A DNA stretch of 64,000 bases, taken from Glycera tridactyla (lineage: Eukaryota). This document shows, one piece after another, positions 13,476-25,834 of this stretch (position 1 is the stretch's first letter; each line of letters starts with the position of its first letter). Position numbers and translations under genes: made by a program. Under the pieces are notes generated by a model. That model was not told the origin of the DNA, did not search any database, and worked only from the letters and a program-made list of their open reading frames with translations. Location: the NCBI GenBank assembly GCA_965644265.1, contig OZ286469.1:64666001-64730000 (forward strand), read 5' to 3'.

Positions 13476-15315
13476 TTTTTGTCACAGATACATAGGCAGC
13501 TATCCCACATCATAATATACATACGCCATAGGTGAAAGAAATTTGTGACCCTGACCTCAACGTAGTAAGAGTTCCGTAGTAAAAACTGGGGTCTGTTCAT
13601 TGGAATCAAGGTATCAAATCAACAGGAATGGCCAGCCTTACTCACACTTCAGTTTCATTTTGATGCAGAATATTTTGAGTCAAATGATGCAGTTAATGCA
13701 AGAGATTGCATGGAGAATGTATCGAAGTTGATTGCTGACAAAATCGATCAGTTTTGATCGAGAGATAATATAATGCTTGAGAATACACATGCATGAATTG
13801 AATATACCATACAGTCAGATGAAAGCACAAGCAGTTTACACAAACCCTCGGCCTCATTCAGCACTATAGAATAGTAGAATATCATCTAATACCTCAACCG
13901 ATTTACTAATCCTGATACAAGCCAAATACTCCATAGATGTTTTAATTAATACTCCCGTGGGTAGAAATACACAATTATAATGAGACTTATATAATTTTTC
14001 TGCATGAGGATGGTTTTTTGATGGATGTAGCAGCATTAACAAAATCATGATAAAATTTATATTTGAATAAGTTAGGTGGCAATAATAGTTCTATGAAAAT
14101 ATATCAGTCGGATCTTATAGAGAAACCCATGCAGCAAAGGTAAAACTTAAAACCATGAACAATGTTAGACGATCATAAGTAGAATATGCTCAGTCAAAGA
14201 AACCAGTCCAATTTGCAGAGAAACAAAATGTGTTATGTTTTGATTTCAGATGGAAAAAAGTAATTCAAAAAAGATTTGCCCAGATTTTGAAAATTGACAC
14301 AGCGTGATGGCTCATCAGCTTCATTGAAAGACCAAGAAATGAGAGATAAGGATGGAAAAAATGAAGAAAATTGTGTTAAGTAATATCGTTCGAAAAAAGT
14401 AAAACCAATAAAATTAAGATAGTAAGGACATACATAGCCTGGCTGAGGACCGGGAGGAGCGTGGGGATTGTTTAGACGTTGCTGTCAAGGTCACATGGGC
14501 TTTATGTCAAGGTCAATCGACAGCCCAACTCATTCGCCACCTGCTGGGCAGACCCGAAATGAGGGAATATGTTAATAGTTGATGAATTATCCACCAGATG
14601 ACAGTTTGAAAAGATCGTAGCCTTTTTTTTCTCATGAAAACAGGAAACTTAACAAATTGGACTGCAATATGATAGGAAACTAATAAATTACATTTCACCC
14701 CATCTTATGAATGTATAACGATGTATATACTGACCAAAAGGGTTGTAGAATTCATTTATAGGGTACCAAGAGTGGTAGCATAATGATCCAAGTTTATATT
14801 TTCTTTGATCTGAAGTAGGGTTGTTTTTTCTTCGATCTGAAGTAATTTTGATTCAATGTGAGGTACAGTATACAGAAAAGAGTACATTTACCAAGACTGG
14901 TTTAAATATTTGATGCCATAACGATAAGAAAATTTACTTGAAAATTTTGAGTCAATTCATAAGATTTAGTGAGCTAGAGAGCTGATCAACAAACCTGTTC
15001 TTATACAAAGATCTACATTCCTTGACTCCCTGCTTGGTCTTTTCTCATTTATTGACAAAACCTCCAACATATAACTTGCTGTTTTGGTCATAACATAAGG
15101 TAACTTTTTGTGAACAATGTTGTCAAGCATACTCCATCTGAAATAACATTTGTAACATAGTTTCATCCATTCAGAGCTGTGCTGTGTGAACAGGCAATCC
15201 TCGAAATGAGCGGCTTGACCTGAAATACATGAAACTCTCCTTAACTCATTTCAGAAACTCGAGGATGGCTACCCAAGTCGAGCAAGAAGGTCCAAGTGGC
15301 GTCATTATTTCATCA

Positions 15316-15490
15316 AAGTGGAACCTGCAATGAGCTTGCCCTAAATATCACTGAAAAGTGGTCTCTCAGAAAGGGGTGGTCTCCCATCAGAGTTCTATTT
15401 GACTTTAATAAATAGCTAAGCGGTTGTGAGAAAATGGTCTCCAGTCAGCGGTGGTCTTTTAGCGGGGGTCTCTCATTGCAGGTTTCACTG
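15316..15490. mobile_element. MITE of the CAGT(G/C)AAACCT family
   Basis: AAGTGGAACCTGCAATGAG versus CTCATTGCAGGTTTCACTG+TA; internal GTGGTCTC repeats. Confidence 0.75.
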
Positions 15491-16972
15491 TATCAATCCT
15501 ACTATAGGAGGGAAGATGGCGCCTGAGTCTCGATGTCAACCCAGGGAAAAGACGGCCATAACAAAGATGAGTGTGCATTTGTGAATCCATATTTTCACTT
15601 CAGTTCTGACGTGAACTAACTTCCAAGGAAGAAGGTTTGGCTCCAGTAACAGTACAACTGCTGGAGACATGATCTAAATCGGAGAGAACAAAGAGTTGCT
15701 GAACAAATGCTTCGATCCTTATGCCTCCTCAATGTGCAGCCAGGGCCTATGGCTGCTATTTCTTCTCATCAGACAATACATATACAAGTAAGCTCTGAAA
15801 TATACAATAAATCAACAGCCACAATGCAATAACCTGAAATCTGCAATACAAGAAATTCTGCAATCAGTGAGAAATCCATATCGAGATATATGTGTCTCCA
15901 GACACTAGAAAGGACACATCTGGAAATAGGCTGTGGCAAATTCCAGATGAATTGTCCCATTCCATCAAAACTCATACCTCAATGTATATGCCTGTATGAT
16001 AGCTGAAGCATGGCATCTATGTACATGTGTATTCATGAATATCTTCCAGGTGATCTCGCTACAGCATAGGTGCAGTAATCAGTAGCTGATGACAGCATGG
16101 CGATGCATTTTGAAAGCCTCTACAATGAATCTCCACAGTTGTGAGTCACGTGAAATTCCCACCTTCTCAACATGTATAAATCAAAACTTCTGTTCATACA
16201 TAAGTATTCTTTGTTATTGTTCAGAGAGCGAAACCTAATCATGGAGACAGTGAAATTTCCTCACGCACTTCGCTTCAATATAGAAGCAATTCAAGACAGG
16301 TTTATTTCCAAACTGGAATTAAACTGCTATAACCCCCAATACAGCAGTTTTTATAGGCTCCAATTGCATGGAATGATTCCCTGCTTGTGATCTGCTTGTG
16401 ATCTGCCAAATTTGCTTCCCATACACGTCATGCATAGATTTGTCAAAATGTTCAATACAAAGTCTGCAAATTATCAGTTTGGATGATTTTCAAGTGGCAA
16501 TACTGCATGAGAGTGCCAATTTTATTCATTTCTATATTCTTCATCACTGCTTCCTCATGAACATCCGTCCCTCATATAAAGAGGAAAAAGCCCATCTGAA
16601 GCCAGTGATTGTCAGAAGACAAGATGGAAGTTAGCGGCACCGGATGTCGATGACAAACGCATCTCGGAAATACGCCTTGATATTGTAATGGAGAACATGA
16701 TGTGTGTCAAGGTTCGTTATCTCTCTCGTTGGCAGAGGGCCTCGATTAACACTGGCGGCGTATGAACCCGTGATGACAACCCCACCACAAGGTGGCACTT
16801 CGAACTTTTTCCATTATTCTTTGTCTAGCCCTTCATGGAGTAAACTAATAGTTTGCAACAAACAATACAAAATAAAGAGTAACTCAATTGGCTTCTGCAT
16901 CATTCACTCTTTCCAAATATCACATACCTTTGCTGAGTTTCAACAGCAATTTGTATGGCCCATAGGTTGAGA

Positions 16973-17320
16973 CTGACTGACTGAATAGCTNNNNNNNNNN
17001 NNNNNNNNNNNNNNNNNNNNNNNNNNNNNNNNNNNNNNNNNNNNNNNNNNNNNNNNNNNNNNNNNNNNNNNNNNNNNNNNNNNNNNNNNNNNNNNNNNNN
17101 NNNNNNNNNNNNNNNNNNNNNNNNNNNNNNNNGTGAATGGAATGACTGACTTGAGTAACTGACTGACTGAGTAACTGACTGACTGAGTAACTGACTGAGT
17201 GACTGAGTGACTAACTAACTGACTGACTGACTGACTGACTGACTGACTGACTGACTGACTGACTGAGTAACTGACTGACTGAGTAACTGACTGAGTGACT
17301 GACTAACTGACTGACTGACA
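16973..17320. repeat. (GACT)n with GAGTAACT variants, spanning an N-gap (16991-17132)
   Basis: Read directly. Confidence 0.9.
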
Positions 17321-17465
17321 GAGTGACTGCTGTCCAACAGGATGTTGACAATCTATGGGATTATATATATGCTGCACGTCCCAGATCCATTATATCACTG
17401 TATCACAATGGACTGGTGGATGGATCGATCATTCAGAGTTATCATGGGGATTGGGTGAGGGTGGG

Positions 17466-17467
<2 letters not shown>

Positions 17468-17538
<71 letters not shown>

Positions 17539-17553
17539 TGAATGTGTGTGTGT
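17468..17553. repeat. (TG)n microsatellite
   Basis: Read directly. Confidence 0.95.
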
Positions 17554-20500
17554 AGGGGGGGGCGGGCGGGGGCGGCTCTCAGTAGCCATTAGCAGTCAGT
17601 CATAATTGCTGGCAGGCCAGTCAAAAAGCAACTGGATATACAGTATTTCCAACAAATTTTCCCCATAGAATATTCACCTTCAACAGCATCTAACACAATA
17701 TAATTTTCACCTTCACATGCGACTGATGATAATGTGGGTCTATGCATGTATTGCCACAACAAATGCATGTATTCATTAATCCAGCGTGCAGTACAATGCC
17801 TCTCGTAGGGTCCATAATAAATTTCATGGAATCAGACAAAAAGTCGCCCTAGTGCACGAGCTGTCAGAGCTGTCAGTGATGTCGGAGTATGATTAAGCAA
17901 GTGGAGGGGTGAGGGTGTCTAGAGTGGGTGTGTTATCTGGGGGAAGGGTGGTGCATCAGTGCATCACTTCATGCAGAAAGTGGACGCATCATTGGTCATC
18001 CCACAAGTGATAGTGAACGCAGCCCATTAGCATGATCATGCAGTCCCTTTGTCAACACGGTATGCCTATAGAATGCTCCACGCTCAACATATTTTATCCA
18101 ATTTGTGAGCTATTACTGCCACCATTTACGTATTGACTGCTGAAGCCATGATGTCCAACTCCCCATGACCACTGACCAAACTCCACGAAAAATTCTGAAA
18201 ACACCAAAGGTATGAGCTCAATGTGTAGAATTCCACACTATCAGTAAAATTATCCAAAAGTTGAATTGGGGAGAACTCTTTGACTTGATCGTTTTGCATG
18301 TGGAATGTATTTCACTACCTGATCGAGTATCTTGTGGAATAATGCAAGATGACCGATCTTAAATGATTCGGCTTGTAAAGGGTGTCATGCTCCATCATGC
18401 AGCACAAACATGGAGCTGACATGCAATTTTAACTCATTCTTATCACCATTCAATTTCCATGTACTCTACTTTCCAATGATGGGTTGGTAAGAGTTGAACT
18501 ACATGTCTGAACACAAGTTTTGTATGACATGTGTATCTATGATAGCTAGTTGCTTCATACCTGCAGGCTTCACACTCACACCCTGAACACGAAATTGTGG
18601 ATGAGGGGTTAGAACAATTGAAAAATGAGAGTAGATGTCAGTTAAGACACAACTCTACCCACATGACCACAGCACACAACTAAATACCGGGCAGGTGGAT
18701 ATTTTTGATGTCATTGCTAAGGTCCATTGTTCACGTACAATATGGGTGCATTATACTCCTGATCACGTTCTAACAGAGGGGACCATCAGTTTACAATCAA
18801 ACTTGAAAAAGGAGAGTGTTTGTGGCTGAATGTTCAATTGTACCCCCAGGTGTTCTGTCACTCAAGCCATGATGAATCGGTGTGACAAAAGAATCTGTGA
18901 GGAGAATTCCATTTGATGCTACTCCTACGAGACCTAAAAACAAGCCAGTCATGATGCATCGGTGGTCTCCTTTGAGAGGTGGTCACTCACCAATCTGCAT
19001 GCTGGATAGAACTGGATAAGGACAGGATTTGGTCAAGCTACATTCAATCCATTATCTCACATTTCATTGATTTTTTATTTTCAACCCAACACACTCAGTG
19101 AGTGACAGTGCCCAATTACATGTTGGAATTCACAGGACCTTTATGAAGTCAGTGAACTTGAAATTCAAGGTAGCCCTCCTCAAATCAAATTTGTGCTTGA
19201 TAACCCCACAAATTTGTAAATCATTTTCCAGAAATCTAAGATAGGTTTACCCTGCATGCTGCAGGTACAATCAACTGCCATGGTTTTCTCAGTCATTTGC
19301 CATACTTTCCTCAGAAAGCCATGACATCTGAAAGCATCTTTTGCCCTTTTGGGGAGAACAAAAAGAGCAATTGCACAGTTTGTAATGATTTAACTTGTTC
19401 TATATTTTGGCAATGTCCAGCTTCATGTACCTGCCTGCCTTACATGCAGGTTGATGAGAACAAAGCTTACTATGACGAGGATCTAGCAATTGTGTGCCCG
19501 ACTGTCATGCAATTGTGAGCCTAGCCATCATGCAATTGTGTGCGTAGCTGTAGATACCCTGAGACTCTAGCCTAATCCCAGTAATCAAGCAGCCACTCAC
19601 ATCTACCAGTAATTAACTGCACGGTGCAAATAAAAAAACTTTTGTAATTTGAGCGATCACAATAAAAAAGACATGAAAACACAATTGAGCCCCTAATCTG
19701 TTGGCTGAATGGAGACTCAGTGATGCGGCCAAACGAAAAACCGATGCAGCTGATCAATGAAATGCAGATGAAGATTCATACGAACACATCTTTGTTGCTT
19801 CTTCGCAGCCATCTTGTAAAAATGCGTCGGCGCGAGCGATGTTTTAGCGACTGTCATGGAATACGGGAGTAATTAGCTGGCTGATGGAAGAGCATACAAT
19901 GCATCAACACTCGAGAAACCATCAAAAGCTCGCCGTCAACCATCATAAAAACATGATTTAATTAAGGCAGACATAGGAGACATATAGGAGAGGTGACACC
20001 TCAGGTATCCTACTTCATTCCACATCTACACTTCAATCATGTTGCTCCACTGAAGGCCGTGCCAGCTAACGCTCTCTCTACTTGATCATAGATTGCAATT
20101 TCCACGATTTCTACCCAGAATAATATGTCATGTCTGCATTTTACCTCAACTCAATCATGGAAAATTCTTTGTAGCTTCCGTATTTTCCACCATTGATTGA
20201 GGTAAAGGCATTCATATGACACTCCTACACACAAGTTTCTTCAATGAGTATATGATCTACATCATTTCAATAAGTGATGAATAATTTTTATGGTAACTCT
20301 ACGACAGCATCATACTTGCCTGGAATGACAATAGACAGCCAAAGCAAAGTTCGACAGATTTTCACAGAAATACCGACTTGAGGTCCGGGGTTCTGGCACT
20401 TTGAATTTCAGACATTGTGACCCTTGAAGACAAGAGACATTGAAGGCTAGCCAAGACTGAGAGAACCTGGCCCGTGTTCATTTTTATCTGCGTTTATTCA

Positions 20501-22902
20501 AAGACAGCCCGTGAATCCACAATGATTGCATAGCATCCTGAGAGTAGGTATGAGCTAGGAAGAAAGTGAAGGCTCAGACCACAGAACTTATTGGCACTGG
20601 ACGAAGACAATGAGCAGTTGGGAACGAGGATCCATGATGAATACTCTGACATCACCAGAGAAATGAAGACAAATCATGATAAAAAAGATGACACCCTACT
20701 CATCCATCTTGATTGGCATGGAAATGGTAGACATGAGGAAACTAGCATGCACACCACCAGTGAATACAATTTATTATTCACATGTCATTCCCCCCCCCCC
20801 CCCCCCCATCAGTACACTATTATTCACAGCATTCAAGAAAAGTTTTCGGCACTGTCTGACATTCTGTCATAAATGAACTCCCCATTTTTGACAATCTCTC
20901 ACTTTTACATGTTTCAATGTAAGATGACTAGGAGATGATAGATAGTGGGCCACAAAAGCAAAAAAGGCACAAGACCTGACTACTGGATTTCATTTTTTAT
21001 TTGTACATCTCTATTGTATTTCTTGTAAGATATATATGATAAAGATATGTCATAGTCTCAATCCTACCTGAGTGAAACTCATTCAAGCTTAACGCCATCA
21101 CTGGGAATGATTATAGAAATTTATCACATGGCATACAGACACGATATCCATGGTCAATCCTGCTTGATGGGTCAGTGCAGGAGAGTGATGATGGTTGTCA
21201 AGGAGAAAGGTATGCGTTCCCCGCAACGCATCTCACAGCATCTTGAGTGTGAATACAGAAACTTCGAGTGAAATTGTTAGAAGTAAATAAGCTCCTTTCA
21301 TCTGGTAACGGATGGGGACCATCGAATCTACATAACGTGGTGTAAATATACACAGATGGCACGAAATGTCGCGCCTGATCGGTTTCTGTCGTGCTTGGGT
21401 CATCATTACGGCTGGACAGGAAACCGGCGATGGCGCCCGGCACCTCTTTGTAGTGGATGGCATCACTTGACCTAGGGTCTCATCCATTATCGCCCACCGG
21501 ATCCAAATTGTTTCTGCTCATCACATCACATTCTATGCCGTTTCTTTTCCCTCAACAATTCATCATCTTTGAGCTGCTGACGAAAATTGACACTGGGTGG
21601 TATTGGCACTACCCCATATACATGTTTGGTCCCTTTAATTTAGTTTGCAAGAAGAGGCAGTGGCATACAGCTGGAGAAGTGGAACAAATGTGACAACCCA
21701 TTTCTGATTCTATTACTGTTGATGTATCGATTCATATCTTTTCAAGAATTGGGCCAAGCAAAAACTTTTTTTAGAGCTCATACGATCAACCAGATATGGT
21801 ATCATATACTGAGAATGATCAGGATGGAAATGTGAATGCACTCAAGTGATCCATAAACAAGAGGTAACAGTCAAATCTTTCTAAAATGGCTACCAGAGAG
21901 CGGTTTCATGACGGGCATGTAGCCCAATTTTGCGGAGTGTTCACAGGAGGCGCCACAAACAATCTAATAATACATGATTTAGACATGGGTCAGAGCACCG
22001 TCACATTCTGAGGTAGCGGCGGTCAATTATGCTTTTATGGATGCATGACTGGCACGGAGCCGTGCATGTGCACGGCGAATAACGGTGATATATTCATGTC
22101 AGTCGTGCTACGATCATTTACATACAATCGCACAACATGAAGAATATCTCTTGCTGAGAAAATCGATGTGCATCGCGTGCCACGACAAACTTTCATCACA
22201 TTAAGCCAAAATGTTTTGTCACCAGCAACAGATATTTGTTTGGTGCAGATTCTTTTCATTGTCTGACATCAAACAGCGGATGTTTCTTGCAAACCTGATC
22301 AGCTTTCATCCAAGCTGTGATGGGCATACACTGAACTCAGCATATTGTGATGATTCTTCATCACCACACCAACCTCACATTGCAGTATAATTGCCTATGA
22401 ATATCACAAATAATTCCAGCCAAGATTTATATCTCTCAAATCATATTTATAATTGTTGAAAGCAATTTACACTTCACACGTCTCACAGAATAAAAAAAAA
22501 CACAGAAAACAATTCTCAGTGCCCCACCCCCAAAATGCATCAACCTTTCTTGAATAACCAATTGTACATTATGTATTAGTAGAAAGGTTATGGCAAAATC
22601 CGTGAGGGCCAACCACCGCTGATGGCGTTTTTCTGTAACAGTGAGAGGGGTCCAAGAACTGAAATTCACAATGTCATCAGACAAATTCTCCTGATTAGGA
22701 TGATCTACCAGGTATGACAAAGAGAATTATTTCTCCCAGATCAGGGGATTCTTATCCATGCCATCATCATTCATGAAATCAGGAAATTCAAACTGCTCAA
22801 TTTCCTGCTGTTTACTGGAGAGGGCAGATCTTGAGCTAATGTATTTGTCCATATGTTTTCGACTACAAACCAAAGTTTTTCGAATCAAATGTGTGAAAAC
22901 TT

Positions 22903-23049
22903 TAGAGAAACCTGCACTGAGAGACAACCTCAAATTTGTACAAAACAGGTGATCTCTCGTGGGACGTGTATTTTACTATAAGTCACATAAGAAAGTTGCC
23001 CTGAGAAAGTGGTTTCCTATCAGAGGTGGTCATGTCACAGGTTTCACTG
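22903..23049. mobile_element. Degenerate MITE of the CAGT(G/C)AAACCT family
   Basis: GAAACCTGCACTGAGAGAC ... GAGGTGGTCATGTCACAGGTTTCACTG+TA. Confidence 0.6.
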
Positions 23050-25099
23050 TATTTCAGCGAAATGTCAACCAATTTTCTGTGTCTAATTGATAAATACATT
23101 CTAGAGCCTCTATTCCCCAGCTCAGAATAAGCAGTGAATGGCAAGCTTGCATAGAGAAGTTTTCTCTTATTTGTCTGTGTAATATGGGGTGTGCATGGGT
23201 GATGCTGGAGTGATGGGAAGTCTTGCACCTGTTGCTACCTTCACATGCCAGCACATTATGCATTGCTGTTATCTCCCGAGCCAAACCTGCCTGACTTCCA
23301 TGACAACTTCACTCAGGATATTATGAGCCAGTGTATTTTCCCATGTGCACCCAAGACTTTTGAATGATTGCCCCTCCCCCACCCCACTCTCAAGAAAAAT
23401 ATCTGGAGATTACCGCAGCAAATTTCAGCGAATAAATGAACTAAAATTCAGAGTATTCTTGAGGTTGCACCAATGAGGGGATAGTGTAGATACAATATGG
23501 TTAAATGTACTCACAGACAACAACAAAATAGCAAATGTCATGCTCACTTAAATGGTTTGAAAGAAAGCATTTGGAAAATCCTCCTGGATCAGACATTTTC
23601 CTTCACCGAGTGAATCCAGATTTAGACCCTTATTGAGCCATACTTTCTTTCTTCTATAAATTGAAAGTGTATATCATGGTGCACAAAATACATTAGTGTC
23701 AGACTTTGGTCCCTTGTTCAATAGTCAATGACTAGAATGCACTAGAAATCACATATCTGAGGTATTCTACACCAAACTGTGGAACTGCCACTGACTCCAT
23801 CACAGCCAAGATGGGTGGGAAGGAAGATGCAGCAACGAGTCCGCTCCCAAGATCGAGCAAGTGTGGACTGGAAATGAAGCATCACTGACATGCAACAAAA
23901 TCATTCATTTTGTTACCAGCTGACAAATTTTGTTCGTATGCTGTCTCACACAATAGCAGATACACTGATAATGATTATTCCGCCTCTTCAAGGTTGTTTC
24001 AAGGTCAAAATGTAATCAGATTCAAGTCAGCCATCTGGAGAGATGTACCTAATTCAGCCCAATTTCCTTGATTTAGCCCATCTATGGCTGTGGGATCCTT
24101 AGGCATCCTATCAGCAAAAGATGAGTTCAGATGCATTCTGTAATGTATACGGAGCTTGATATTGATACTTAGTCACCAGCTAGCATATAATTCTCATATA
24201 TACCATACATTTATAAGAGTTAAATCATCCTGGCATTGTCATGCTTAGGTGTGTCTTTTCCAAGACCTAAAATGAACCCAATCAAGGGAGCCTGTGACAA
24301 CCCATCGGCAAGCGTTATATCATGAGATACATCTCTCCGCAAGTAATACCATTCTCAGGATTTATTTCCCGAGTGCCATAAAAAGTAATTTCTGATTACA
24401 TCCAGCCTGGAAACTAGTTTGGAAGATCAGCGTAACAAAAGCTTGTGACGTGATTGTCCCGTAATTTGCACGCCAAATAATGGCTTCATCATTTACGCTC
24501 CGTTCATATTTTGCGTAATTGTATGGCATGCTTCAGTGCTCCAGACATGAAAACTGATTAAATACGTGAAGATGCCTGAAGTCTCTACCAAAACCTAATT
24601 TATGTGATGACCTAATTATATGAAAAAACACAACTTTGACACCTTCAACCTTGAGCTGGATTTTTCATACGTGGCCACAGAAACATGAGTACTGTTCACT
24701 GCAATACTTCTCAAAACTGATTGGATTTTCACATTTCAAGAAGGATGCATGTTGGAACACCTAACAAGAGAGATAATATCTAGATGCATTTCTGATGTGG
24801 TTGATCGTTAAATCATACATCAAGCATATAATGATTGATGTGATGGCATAACAGGTAGCCAGACTACCCATCTAAATATGGCACATTCAATATTCTGTGC
24901 TGATTGATGAAGTTGTGTAAAAGAATGCTCAAGTGTCAGGGTGTGAGGCATATAGCAGAGATCAGAGCTGAATAATTATTAATACTATAAATGGAAACTA
25001 CTAATACAAGCTGAACATGGAGAATTCCATCCCTGGATGACTTAATTGACAGCTGAGAAATAAGAACATCCAACAATTTGATCATTCACTTACAACAAA

Positions 25100-25140
25100 A
25101 TACAGACTATAAGGCAGCATGATGGATTTCAAGATTTATT
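25100..25140 (-). terminator. Candidate polyadenylation signal of the nested GT31 gene
   Basis: AATAAA on the minus strand at 25140-25135, about 700 nt after the stop codon, followed about 25-40 nt later by a GT/T-rich element (TCTGTATTTTGTTGT). Confidence 0.45.
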
Positions 25141-25834
25141 AAATAAATTATCACCAGTTCATATCATTTCAGGCAACAACAGAATAACAACATATGTGAT
25201 ATTGTAATCAACCAGAGATTTGATTTCTGTTTCCGGTGTCCTACTTTGTGCCTCTGATAGGTACATTGGTAGACTTATCAACAGAACCTCACATTCCTGA
25301 GTACACATACAGAGAACAGTTGTATGCAATTTTCACTAAGAGAATTAGGAATTAATATCAGTAGAGTATAGAGGAATAATGAACTCGATAAGTCACTCCA
25401 TTTATTCACAATTCTCTCAAAATGATTTGTGGATGCACTGACTAGCCCCCACAGATGGAGCTTTAGTATTATGGGATAAAATTGGAAAATGGCAGTCCAT
25501 AGTGGCATCCATTGTCAAAAATAATGTAATCTCACAAGTTTCTCATCAGTAGGGTAGCACAAACCATCTATAGCGGGACATTACGACGAACCGCCAGGTC
25601 TCGTACTAAACAGGAGCCACTTCATTTAGTATAATTTTCGTGAGCTGATCTCCCATCAGTAAGCTGTATCCAGGCACCATCATATCGGCTGATCATGAAT
25701 GCTATTATCTATTCACAATCAATATCTAAAAGGATAACTCTTGAGGTGGTAATAATTTGAATTGGACCACTCTAATGATCAATATCTATTGAGGTACTTC
25801 GATGAGCATAACCCATGAGCTCATTTGCCGATTT

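Noticed and set aside
14420-14500. LAEDREE peptide resembling an RTE C-terminus
   Set aside because: It lacks the conserved W and has no upstream RT similarity; too short to call.
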